Origin: Candidatus Latescibacterota bacterium
GTDB lineage: Bacteria; Latescibacterota; UBA2968
DNA length: 64,000 bases
NCBI GenBank assembly: GCA_965198115.1
Contig: OZ240241.1
Coordinates: 6,048,001 to 6,112,000, forward strand
Reading direction: 5' to 3'
The translations under genes were made by a program, and so were the position numbers. Positions 47,076-56,546 of the stretch are shown here, piece after piece. The notes under the pieces are model-generated. The model did no database searches, was not told the origin of the DNA, and saw only the letters and a list, made by a program, of their open reading frames with translations. The number at the start of each line of letters is the position of its first letter. Position 1 is the first letter of the stretch.

Positions 47076-48284
47076 TCAATGTTGAGCCATTGGCCGGATC
47101 GTGTAGTTCCAGTCGCCGTGGAAATCGTGCGGAGTGAGATCGATTTGGGTCATCTGTTCATCGGTCACCTTGACCCCGTTAGGGTAGGGTCGCTTGTCGA
47201 TCTCGGAGCGTACTCGGAGACCGGCTTGAGTGGTCGTTCCGGCAATGAGATTCACGGTTGCAGCCAGGCTGACCAGGGGCTTGCCTCGCCAGTTCATAGC
47301 GATGAAGGAGAACAGGCGATGTTCGATCTTGTTCCACTTACTAGTGCCAGGAGGGTAGTGGCATACGGTGATCGTCAGGCCAGTGCGATTCGCAAAGCGC
47401 TGCAGCTCCCACTTCCACAGCCGCGTCTTGGCGCCGTTGCTGCCGCCTGCGTCCGCCGTGATTAGCAGATGCGTCGAAGTGCCGTAGGCGGGCCGTCCCA
47501 TGTTCTTCCACCAACTTCGGATCGCATTCACGGCGAAGCTGGCCGTGTCGTGATCGATACCGACACTTACCCAGCCTTCATCACGGCTCAGATCATACAC
47601 TCCATAAGGGATCGCCTTGCCCTGAGCAGGCACTATGAAATCGTGTACCTTCACACGCTCCGGGTCTCCCTTGGGTCGCCATTCTCGGCCAGGATTCTTG
47701 AAGTCGCCGATCAACTCTTTCTTCTTGGTGTCCACCGAGATAACGGGAAGGCCCTGCTGCTGCTGCTGGCTAATCCGATCATCGAGGTAAACGAACTGAG
47801 CGTCCCGATCCGGGTGTGCAGATCCCTCCCTTGTCTTCCGATTCGCCTGCAGCGTGTAATCGTGTTCGTGCAGGAGATTGGCAACGATCCTGGGGCTCAC
47901 CGAATGCCCCATCGCTTGCAACTCGGCGGCCAGTTTGCGAGTGCTCTTCGATGTCCATCTCAGAGGATTGTCGTCAGGCGACCCCGCAGTCGTTGGCTCG
48001 ACCAGATCATTCAGGTCCTGCCACAGCGTCGGGTCCGTGTCGGCCTTCCGCTTACGACCGCCGCCTGGACGCCGGATGCGAGCCGGGTCCAAAGGTTCGT
48101 CCGACCTCAACTCCTGAATGCCACGAAAGATCCGCTCTCTGGACATTCCTGTCGCCAGAGCCACAATCGCGATCCCACCGTGACCCAACGCTTCGGCTTC
48201 CGTGGCGGCCCACAGACGACGCGTGCGTTCCGTCAGCACCGGAGCCAAGGCTTCATACTTCGTTCGGAGAGTTTCGACGTCCAC
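47076..48284 (-). CDS. ISAzo13 family transposase (intact, 402 aa)
   Basis: Complete ORF ending FHGDWNYTIRP. Confidence 0.92.
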   Translation of the reverse strand: MDVETLRTKYEALAPVLTERTRRLWAATEAEALGHGGIAIVALATGMSRERIFRGIQELRSDEPLDPARIRRPGGGRKRKADTDPTLWQDLNDLVEPTTAGSPDDNPLRWTSKSTRKLAAELQAMGHSVSPRIVANLLHEHDYTLQANRKTREGSAHPDRDAQFVYLDDRISQQQQQGLPVISVDTKKKELIGDFKNPGREWRPKGDPERVKVHDFIVPAQGKAIPYGVYDLSRDEGWVSVGIDHDTASFAVNAIRSWWKNMGRPAYGTSTHLLITADAGGSNGAKTRLWKWELQRFANRTGLTITVCHYPPGTSKWNKIEHRLFSFIAMNWRGKPLVSLAATVNLIAGTTTQAGLRVRSEIDKRPYPNGVKVTDEQMTQIDLTPHDFHGDWNYTIRPMAQH

Positions 48285-48582
48285 ACTCCGAGCGTAAGAT
48301 CATTACCTTGAAAAGTGCAGCACTTATTTCGTGGCAAACCCTAACAGGCTATGCCGACAAAGAAAACGCCATCAAGGCCATCAACGAAGTCGGCCTGTTC
48401 CAATACATAGAAAAACCCTGGGACAACAACGACCTGCGCATCATTATCCGCAACGGTCTGGAAAAGAAGCTTCTCATGCAGCAACTGCAGGGGAAGATCG
48501 AGCAAATCAACAAAGCCTACTCCGAACTCCAGTCGATTCAGCAAGAAGTCCTCAAGACCTTCGTCTAGCGAAGGCTCCACCT

Positions 48583-50826
48583 TTGGTCTTCTCCGAGTAC
48601 GACCGCCCAGGGAAGTCAAACCTTTCTCCCTCGCGTCGTTTCCTCCCTTTCGCGGTTCTCGTCTTCCTCATCGCGAATTCCTTCGGTGGGGGGTTCGACG
48701 CCTCCGCCCAAACCGCCCTCTCCACTCACCTGATTACCGACGGACGCCAGACTGCGCTTCTTCCGGGCTACAAGCTCAGGGATGGGTGGCGTTGGTCGGG
48801 TCGGTACTCATCGGGTTGGACAGAACGTGACTTCGACGATTCGGCCTGGCAACCGATCGACGCCCCGTTTCCGCAGAAATCCGGCATTCTTCCATCAGAA
48901 GGTTGGATGGGGGTGGGCTGGTTTCGACGTGAGCTCTTGCTCGCGGGTGATCTGCAACAAATTCATCTGGCGTTCCTCGTCTCCTGCATCGGAGCGGCCG
49001 ATGTCTACGTCGACGGGGAGCCCCTTGCATCGCTCGGCAAGGTCGGCAGCCGACCCGAGGAAGAAACACCCATCCTCTCGACCGACGCGAGCCCTCACGT
49101 CATTCCGTTCGATCCCGCCGGCCGATCTCGGTTCGTCATCGCCGTTCATCATTCAAACCACGTCGATCGGCAACGTCCCGGACTGGACTATGACCACGGT
49201 TTCGATATCGACATTGCACCATTCACGTCGATCACAAGGAACCTGGAAGACCTCGTTCGTCATCGGACCGTTCACTCTGTCTTCTTCACGGGTGTGGCGG
49301 CAACGGTATCACTTCTCCATCTACTGCTCTTCGCCTTTTACCCGGCCGCACGCGAGAACCTCTATTACGCCCTGTTCACGTTCGGCGTTGCGCTGGCCGC
49401 GATTCTACCTGCACAGATCTACGTTTTTACGACCGACCTTCAAATCTTCACCGTGCTCGACCTTTTGTGGAAGACGACGCTCGCTGCGTTGACACCTCTC
49501 TTACTACGTTTTCTTTACGCGGTCTTCGGCATCCAGCCTCCCTCTTACTACCGATGGTTCCTTCGAATATCGGCGATCTTGATTCTCCTCAGCTACCGTC
49601 TGCCGCTCGATGTTTACTACATCCTCGTGCTCATCGGGTTCTCGGAGACACTCCGGATCACGATCAGCGCCATATACCATAGGAAAGACGGTGCCATCAT
49701 CATCGGAGCCGGAATCGGAGCGGTCGTGGTCACATCCGGACACGTCATCCTTACCGAGCTCGGAATCGTCCAATTCTTCTTTCCCTTCGCTTATCTGTAT
49801 GGGTTCACGGTCATGATCTTCGCCATGTCTCTTCATCTCGCGAGAGACTTCACGAGACTCCAGGCTCAGCTGCATCATCGCGTAGATGAGGTGGGAAATC
49901 TTTCGAACCGTCGGATCGAACAGGAAAGGCAACTCGCGGAGAGGGCGCGTCGACAGCAGGAAGAGGAGACCCGCAAGCAGTTGCTCGAAGCGGACAACGC
50001 GCACAAACTGAACGAGCTCGAGGAGGCCAAGCGCCGCCGAGAGATACTCGAGGAGCTCGAACGCACGACGCAACAGCTACAGGAAACGCACGACCAGCTG
50101 ATCCAATCCGAGAAGATGGCCGGACTCGGAACATTGGTCGCAGGAATCGCTCACGAGATCAACACGCCCGTCGGGGCCATCAACAGCATGCACGACACCC
50201 TGACTCGAGCGGTCGATCGACTGAAGTCCGATCTGGATCAGCTCGACGACTCCGAAATCCAGAGAGCGCTCGACGTCATCGACGGTGCGAATTCCGTCAT
50301 TGCTACCGGCACGTCACGTGTCACGGAGATCGTCCGCAGCCTCCGCAGCTTCGCACGGATGGATGATGCCGACACGAGGGAAGCCGACCTCAACGAAGGA
50401 ATCGACAGCACGCTCCCGCTCATCCAGCACCAGCTTCGGTCAGGGATCGAGATTGTCAAGCACTACGGGATCATCCCACCCGTGCTTTGCTACCCAAGCC
50501 GACTCAACCAGGTCTTTTTGAACATTCTCATCAACGCCGCTCAGGCCATCGACGGCGAAGGCACCATCACGGTTCGAACGTTCGAACGGGACGGTCGAGT
50601 CGTCGTCGAATTCGTGGATACCGGTGAAGGCATCGACGCTGAAAACCTCGATCGGGTCTTCGATCCAGGCTACACGACGAAAGGGGTCGGGGTCGGAACG
50701 GGACTGGGTCTCTCGATATGCTATCAGATCGTGAACGATCACGACGGCGACATCCACATCGACAGTCAACCCGGCGAGGGTACGACCGTTACTGTTTCAA
50801 TCCCCGTCCAGATGAGGGCCACGTGA
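48583..50826 (+). CDS. Sensor histidine kinase: periplasmic sugar-binding-like domain, 7TM-DISM-like region, HisKA, HATPase
   Basis: FDDSAWQ...GWFRR, about 7 TM segments, QSEKMAGLGTLVAGIAHEINTP, NQVFLNILINA, DTGEG, GTGLGL. Start chosen after the RR stop. Confidence 0.9.
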   Translation: MVFSEYDRPGKSNLSPSRRFLPFAVLVFLIANSFGGGFDASAQTALSTHLITDGRQTALLPGYKLRDGWRWSGRYSSGWTERDFDDSAWQPIDAPFPQKSGILPSEGWMGVGWFRRELLLAGDLQQIHLAFLVSCIGAADVYVDGEPLASLGKVGSRPEEETPILSTDASPHVIPFDPAGRSRFVIAVHHSNHVDRQRPGLDYDHGFDIDIAPFTSITRNLEDLVRHRTVHSVFFTGVAATVSLLHLLLFAFYPAARENLYYALFTFGVALAAILPAQIYVFTTDLQIFTVLDLLWKTTLAALTPLLLRFLYAVFGIQPPSYYRWFLRISAILILLSYRLPLDVYYILVLIGFSETLRITISAIYHRKDGAIIIGAGIGAVVVTSGHVILTELGIVQFFFPFAYLYGFTVMIFAMSLHLARDFTRLQAQLHHRVDEVGNLSNRRIEQERQLAERARRQQEEETRKQLLEADNAHKLNELEEAKRRREILEELERTTQQLQETHDQLIQSEKMAGLGTLVAGIAHEINTPVGAINSMHDTLTRAVDRLKSDLDQLDDSEIQRALDVIDGANSVIATGTSRVTEIVRSLRSFARMDDADTREADLNEGIDSTLPLIQHQLRSGIEIVKHYGIIPPVLCYPSRLNQVFLNILINAAQAIDGEGTITVRTFERDGRVVVEFVDTGEGIDAENLDRVFDPGYTTKGVGVGTGLGLSICYQIVNDHDGDIHIDSQPGEGTTVTVSIPVQMRAT

Positions 50827-52943
50827 GCATCTTTGTCCTCATCCTACTCCTTCTGGGCTCAGCCGAAGCGACCTCGTTCACGCTGAATGTGGAAACCCTC
50901 GAAGCCGGTACGCCCGGTGATCCCATTGGCGTGTTCTGGCTGGATGGGGATTGGCTCTTCCGGACGGGAGACGATCTGTCCTGGGCGTCACCCGGCTGGG
51001 ATGACTCCGATTGGACCAGACGCGAGACAATCGCGTTCGGACGTGACGAAATCGGATGGTTCAGAACTCGCCTATCGGTAGCCGAGCGTCTGGACGGAGC
51101 ACCTCTCAATCTGGTACTCATCAGACCGGGGCGTCCGAAATCTACATCGACGGCGTTCGGGTCGGGGGCGCCGGAATCGTTTCGCCATCCACCCAGACCG
51201 AAGCACGAGAGGTGCACTGGAATCGTGGTTATAAAATTAGCCTTTCTCTTCGACAGGGAGAGCATTCACTCGCCGTTCGCTGCTCGGACCACACCCTCGC
51301 TGTCTATCCTTGGGTCAAGTGGTGGGAAGTCCCGGCGGGCGTACGTATCGGTTTCACGAGCCTCGACCACGCACTGGAAATCGGCACGGGGATCAATCGC
51401 ACCATCACCGGCATCCAGATGCTCTGGGGCGTGCCCTTCGCCCTGGCCATCCTCCATTACTTGATCTATCTGTTCAATCGCGAAGAACGCACCCACCTCG
51501 ACTACGGCCTGTTTGCCGAGGCGACGGCGGGCATGCTCTTCTTCCCGTTCCACGTCGGCTATCAGTCCTGGCCACCCTGGATCATCCTGTGCACGGCGCT
51601 TTTTAGAGTCTCTCTGATCTGCAGTGCCTACTTCGGCCTCCGGTTCGTCTACAGAACGTTCGACCACAGCCTCCCTTCTTTCTTCAGGCGTCTCGGGAGA
51701 ATGACCCTTGTCCTCTGTCTCCTCTCGTGGGCTATACCGACCTTCGTTTACTATTTCGTCGTACTCGCCGGATTCTTTTGGATGCTCTCAGTCGTCTACC
51801 GCGCACTGCGTCGCGGGCAGGAAGGTGCTCGCATGATCGGTGTCGGATGTGCAATGCTCACTCTCTTCTCGACCATCCAGGTCTTCATCGACGTGGTGCT
51901 CCAATCACTTTCTTTCCCTTACGTTTATGGCGTGCTTGCGCTCATCCTCTCCATGTCGATTCACCTCGCCCGCTCGTTCGCCTCGACGCACCGAAACCTG
52001 CAGTATAGACTCGACGAAATCGAAACCCTGACGCGACTCACCGTCGAGCAGGAGCGGGAAAACCGGGAACGGGAAGCCGTTGTTCAGGAGCGGGAGGTGG
52101 AGCGGCAGCTCCTGGAGGCTGAGAATGCCACCCGATCCTCCGAGCTCGATGAGGCGCGAAGACGTCAACAGGCCCTCGAAGAGCTCGAGGCGTCGAACCA
52201 CGCGCTCCGTGACGCGCAGTCTCGTCTGGTCCAGACCGAACGGATGGCCGCCATCGGCAACCTGGTCGCCGGCATCGCCCACGAAATCAACACGCCGGTC
52301 GGTGCCATTCACAGCAGCCACGACACGTTCGTCAGAGGTGTAAACCGGCTGACGGATCGACTGACATCGCACCATCCCGATGCCTCCGAGCGGAGCGCGC
52401 CTACGCTGCGTGTCGTCTCCGACGCCAATCGCATCATCACGACGGGAACGCAACGCGTGACCGAAATCGTACGCAGCCTCCGGAACTTCGCCCGTCTCGA
52501 CGAAGCCGAAATGAAGGAAGCCGATCTGCACGACGGTCTGGACAGCACGCTCCCCCTCGTGCATCATGAATTGAAGGGCTGGATCGAAGTCGAGCGCGAT
52601 TACGGCGGTCGTTTGTTACCCCAGCCGTCTCAACCAAGTATTTCTCAACCTCCTCGTGAACGCTTCACAAGCCATCGAGGGGGAAGGCCGAATCACGATT
52701 CGCACGCGGCACACGAATGACACGGTCGTTGTCGAGATTCAGGACACGGGCAGGGGTGTGCCCGAGGACATTCTACCCCACATCTTCGAATCGGGGTTCA
52801 CGACAAAGGCCGAGGGGAAGGGGACAGGCCTGGGCCTGGCCATTTCGCGACAAATCGTCGACGATCATCGAGGCCACATCGACGTGGAAAGCCGACCTGG
52901 CGACGGCACCACGTTTCGAGTCAATCTGCCGGTCGGTGGATAG
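50823..52943 (+). pseudogene. Second 7TM sensor histidine kinase (paralog), frameshift near 51118 and ~11-nt deletion near 52607
   Basis: GDDLSWASPGWDDSDW, AGIAHEINTP, GTGLGL spread over three ORFs. Comparison with HK1 YGIIPPVLCYPSR shows the deletion. Confidence 0.8.
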
Positions 52944-52961
52944 CCCCTACACAGGACGCTC

Positions 52962-55429
52962 TTGAGCAGAACGAATTCGAGATTCTGGTTGTCACTGGCG
53001 CTCATCACGACGTTCGTGGGCGTGGGCCGCGCGCAATCCCCCGTCCGAGTGGGCGTCGTCATCGATGGTCCGTGGGAACGAAACGCGGAGATCAACGGGG
53101 CGTTCGAACAGGAGATCCGTGATCTTGTCGGACGCGAGTTCGACGTGCGATTCCCGGCGGAAAAACGACTCGTCGGCGACTGGAGTGTCACCACGGTCAC
53201 AGCCAACCTCGATCGACTGCTCTCCGACGCCTCTGTCGATATCATCATTGCCTCGGGGCCGCTCGTCTCCCACGAAGCCGGACACCGCAGTAACCTTCCC
53301 AAGCCCGTGATCGCCCCTTTCATCATTAATCAGGCGATCCAGGAGATCCCGATCGATGCGGGTGCCAGTGGTGTGCGCAACCTCGTCTACGTCTCCTGGC
53401 CGAACGATCTCCAGCGCACGCTCGAAGTTTTCCAGAGCGTGGTCCCGTTCAAGCGGATGGCGTATATCTATCCCCCCATGATTCTGAACGGAATCCCGAA
53501 CCTGGTGCGTAATCTGGCCACGGCCACCGAGGCACTCGGCATTCAAACCGACTATGTCGCTATTCAGAGCGACGTGCGAGCAACCGTTCGATCCATCCCC
53601 GACCACGTCGAAGCGGTTTACGTACTGCCCTTGTTACCCACCACGGCTTGACCCATCGAGCCGGGTGATAGGTGCCTGTGCAGCCAATCACGAGCATCCC
53701 ACAGAATGCGAGGGCGGTGAAGCGCGTTAACAGAGTTCGATCTGGATCGGGCGACGACCGACCAATTCATCGAAGCCTTGAACGAACGCAAGCTCCCGAG
53801 CTTCTCGGTCGTCGGGACGAGCGATGTCGAGCGCGGCATGCTTGTCGGCACTGCGGCAGACTTCAGCATTCCCAAACTCGCCCGACGTGTCGCTATCAAC
53901 GTACAGCGCATCCTCCTTGGCGAGGACCCCTCGACATTCCAGGTCGTCTTCACGCGAGACGAACGCTTGACGATCAACATGGCCACGGCGCGCAAGATCG
54001 GCGTCTACCCAAGTTGGGCGGCCCTGACGGAGGCCACGCTGATCGACCCCACACGGACACAGGAAGCGCGTTTCCTCGATCTGGGGAAGGTGGTCCGTGA
54101 AGCCGTCGAAGCGAACCTCAACGTGCGAGCGAGCAAACAGGCCGTGGCCACCGGCCGTCAGGAGGTCGCCGTGGCGCGGTCTCTGCTCCTGCCTCAGTTC
54201 GAAGCCGGTTTCGCAGCAGCCGTCATCGACGAGGATCTGGGATCCCCGATTCAGGCGGAAAAACAGCTGACCGGCTCCCTCATTGCGACCCAGCTGATCT
54301 TCTCGGAAAAGGCGTGGGCGAATCTGGCCGTTCAGAAAAGGCTACTGGCGGGCAGGGAAGCCGGGCATCGTCGCGTTTATCTCGATGTCGTGCGCGAGGC
54401 CACGGTCTCCTATCTGAACGTACTGCGGGCGCTCACGTTCGAGCGCATACAGCGAAACAATCTCAAGGTCTCGCGTCACAACCTCGACCTGGCTCAGGTC
54501 CGCCGGGAAGTCGGCACGTCCAACCGCAGCGAGGTCTTCCGTTGGCAGAGCCAGATCGCCAACGACCAACAGGCCGTCATCGACGCGAACGTCAAACGCA
54601 ACCTGGCCGAAATCGATCTGAACCGTGTCCTCCATCGTCCTCTCGAAGAACCGTTTCAACCGGAAGAAATCGGGCTCGACGACCCTCGTCTCCTCATTGC
54701 GCACACGCGTCTCAAGCGCTACATGGAAAACCCGGGGCGTTTTCGAGTGTTTCGGTCGTTTCTGGTCGAGGAGGGATTGTCGAATGCGCCCGAGCTCCGT
54801 CAGCTGATGAAGCAATCGGCGCCCAGGAACGCGCCCTCTCATCCTCCAAACGTAGCTTCATCAGCCCGACCGTCGGTCTGCGTGTCGAAGCAACAGGCAT
54901 CCTCGATCGCAGCGGGGCGGGTGCCCAACTTCCCGCCCAGGGCGGTGACCGTTCGTGGACGGCGGGGGTCAGTGCCTCCCTCCCCCTCTTCGAAGGCGGG
55001 GGACGATTTGCGGACGTCGCCCGAAACAGCAGCGAGCGAGCCCGACTCGTCCTGGAACGCGATGCCACGCGAGATCTGATCGAACAGCGTACCCGATCGT
55101 CTCTCCATCTGATGGGCGGATCTTTCGCGTCGATTCGCCTATCCCGTGAGGCGGCCGAAGCGGCTGCCAACAACCTCGAGCTCACGATCGACGGATACTC
55201 TCGTGGTGTCGTGTCCATTCTTGACCTGATCGACGCCCAGAACGCAGCCCTCGCCTCCGACCTCGGTGCCGCGAACGCCGTCTACGAGTTCCTGATCGAC
55301 CTGATGGATGTCGAGCGGGCCGTGGGCCGATATTCGTTCTTCATGGACGACGCGGAAATCGACGACCTCCTGAATCGACTCGACGCCTATTTCGTACGAA
55401 CCGCACAGAGCAGGGGGAACACGCAATGA
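52962..55429 (+). pseudogene. ABC substrate-binding-like domain fused to TolC outer-membrane channel; 102-bp insertion and frameshift near 54806
   Basis: Signal peptide, LTINMATARKIG (ABC_sub_bind-like), ARSLLLPQ, YSRGVVSILDLIDAQ. The N-terminal ORF and the 53778 ORF are in the same frame. Confidence 0.8.
53636..53737. other. 102-bp foreign insert with GTT direct repeat inside the TolC gene
   Basis: Excision restores CCC TTG TTC GAT CTG (PLFDL). The insert carries two in-frame TGA codons. Confidence 0.7.
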
Positions 55430-56512
55430 GAAAAACGCCCACGATGATCTTCGCGCTGGCCATCGGATTCGTCGCCTGTGGACAGGATGAACCGTCCCCC
55501 GAGTCGGTGATCCGTCCTGTCCGCTACGAGCAAATCTTCGAATCCGGCAGCGCGCGTGAAAGATCCTTCTCTGGCACGTCTCAGGCTGCCCTCGAGTCGA
55601 AGTTCAGCTTCAAGGTGGCCGGCACCGTCAACACCGTGTCCGTCAAAGTCGGGGGACAACGTCAAGGCCGGCGCGCTCATCGCACGTCTCGACGACATTG
55701 ACTACCGTCTCCAAGTTCAGGAAGCCGAAGCTACGCTTGCCAGTCTCAAGGCTCAGGCCAGAAGCTCGGATGCCAACTACGGCCGGGTTCGGGCGCTCTA
55801 CGAGAATCGAAACGCGTCTGCCAACGACCTCGACGCCGCCCGAGCCGCGTCTGAATCCGCTACGGCGCAGGTCAACCGAGCCGAAAAGGCGGTCGAGCTC
55901 GCCAAGTCTCAGCTGAGTTACGCCACGCTGCGTTCTCCGGTCAGCGGGTCCATCGCGGCAGTACCGATCGAGGAGAACGAGAACGTCTCCCCAGGGCAAA
56001 CGGTGGCCTTGCTCACGTCCGGATCACAGCTCGAAGTCGAAGTGACCATTCCCGAAATCCTCATTTCACAGATCCGCGAAGGTGACAAAACAACCGTCTC
56101 TTTCGATGCGATTCAGAGTAAGGTCTTCCCCGCAACCGTCACCGAGGTCGCCGTCGCCGCGACCGGCATGGCGACGACATTCCCCGTCACCGTGCGACTC
56201 GCCGAAGCGGACGAATCCTGTCGACCCGGGATGGCGGCCGAAGTCCATTTCACGTTTGGATCACGGGACGGCCAGAAACGAATCATCGTGCCAACGGTCT
56301 CCGTGGGCGAAGACCGCCAGGGTCGTTACGTTTTCGTTCTGGAGAAACTTGAAAACGGGTTCGCCAACGTGGGTCGCCGCGAAGTGTCGATTGGCGAGCT
56401 GACGCAGGAGGGTATCGAGATTCTCGAAGGACTACAGGATGGGGAGCTCGTCGTCACGGCGGGCGTCACACGGATCGCAGACGGACAACGCGTTCGGGTG
56501 CCCTCGCGATGA
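55426..56512 (+). CDS. RND efflux periplasmic adaptor (MFP) lipoprotein; +1 frameshift near 55652
   Basis: Lipobox FVA-C, FKVAGTV..V.VKVGD.VKAG, LRSPVSG, RPGM; a run of 5 G where 4 restores the frame. Confidence 0.85.
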
Positions 56513-56546
56513 GCGGTCTACGCTCTCATCTTCTGGTGACCACAAC

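Larger units (their letters stand above)
46424..48341 (-). mobile_element. ISAzo13 family insertion sequence, copy 2, carrying a nested mini-ISL3
   Basis: Reverse complement of copy 1; TAA duplicated at 46421-23 and 48342-44. Confidence 0.9.
46174..48568 (+). pseudogene. Response regulator (receiver plus C-terminal coiled coil) split by ISAzo13
   Basis: IVDDE, ISDYLMPEMDG ...PRIIL | TGYADKENAIKAINEVGLFQYIEKPWDN rejoin across the TAA duplication. Confidence 0.88.

Noticed and set aside
41638-48341. Composite transposon or inversion formed by the two inverted ISAzo13 copies
   Set aside because: Each copy has its own target duplication and the split response regulator rejoins collinearly, so these are independent insertions with no rearrangement.
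53658-53700. Group II intron domain V or integron attC site
   Set aside because: GAGCCGGGTGAT resembles the start of domain V, but the complementary 3' arm (…CGGTTC) is absent. The GTT ends do not fit the RYYYAAC…GTTRRRY attC consensus.
53649-53720. Selenocysteine or stop-codon readthrough of two in-frame TGA codons in tolC
   Set aside because: Both TGAs lie inside a discrete insert whose removal restores a sensible protein. TGA is used as a normal stop throughout the window.
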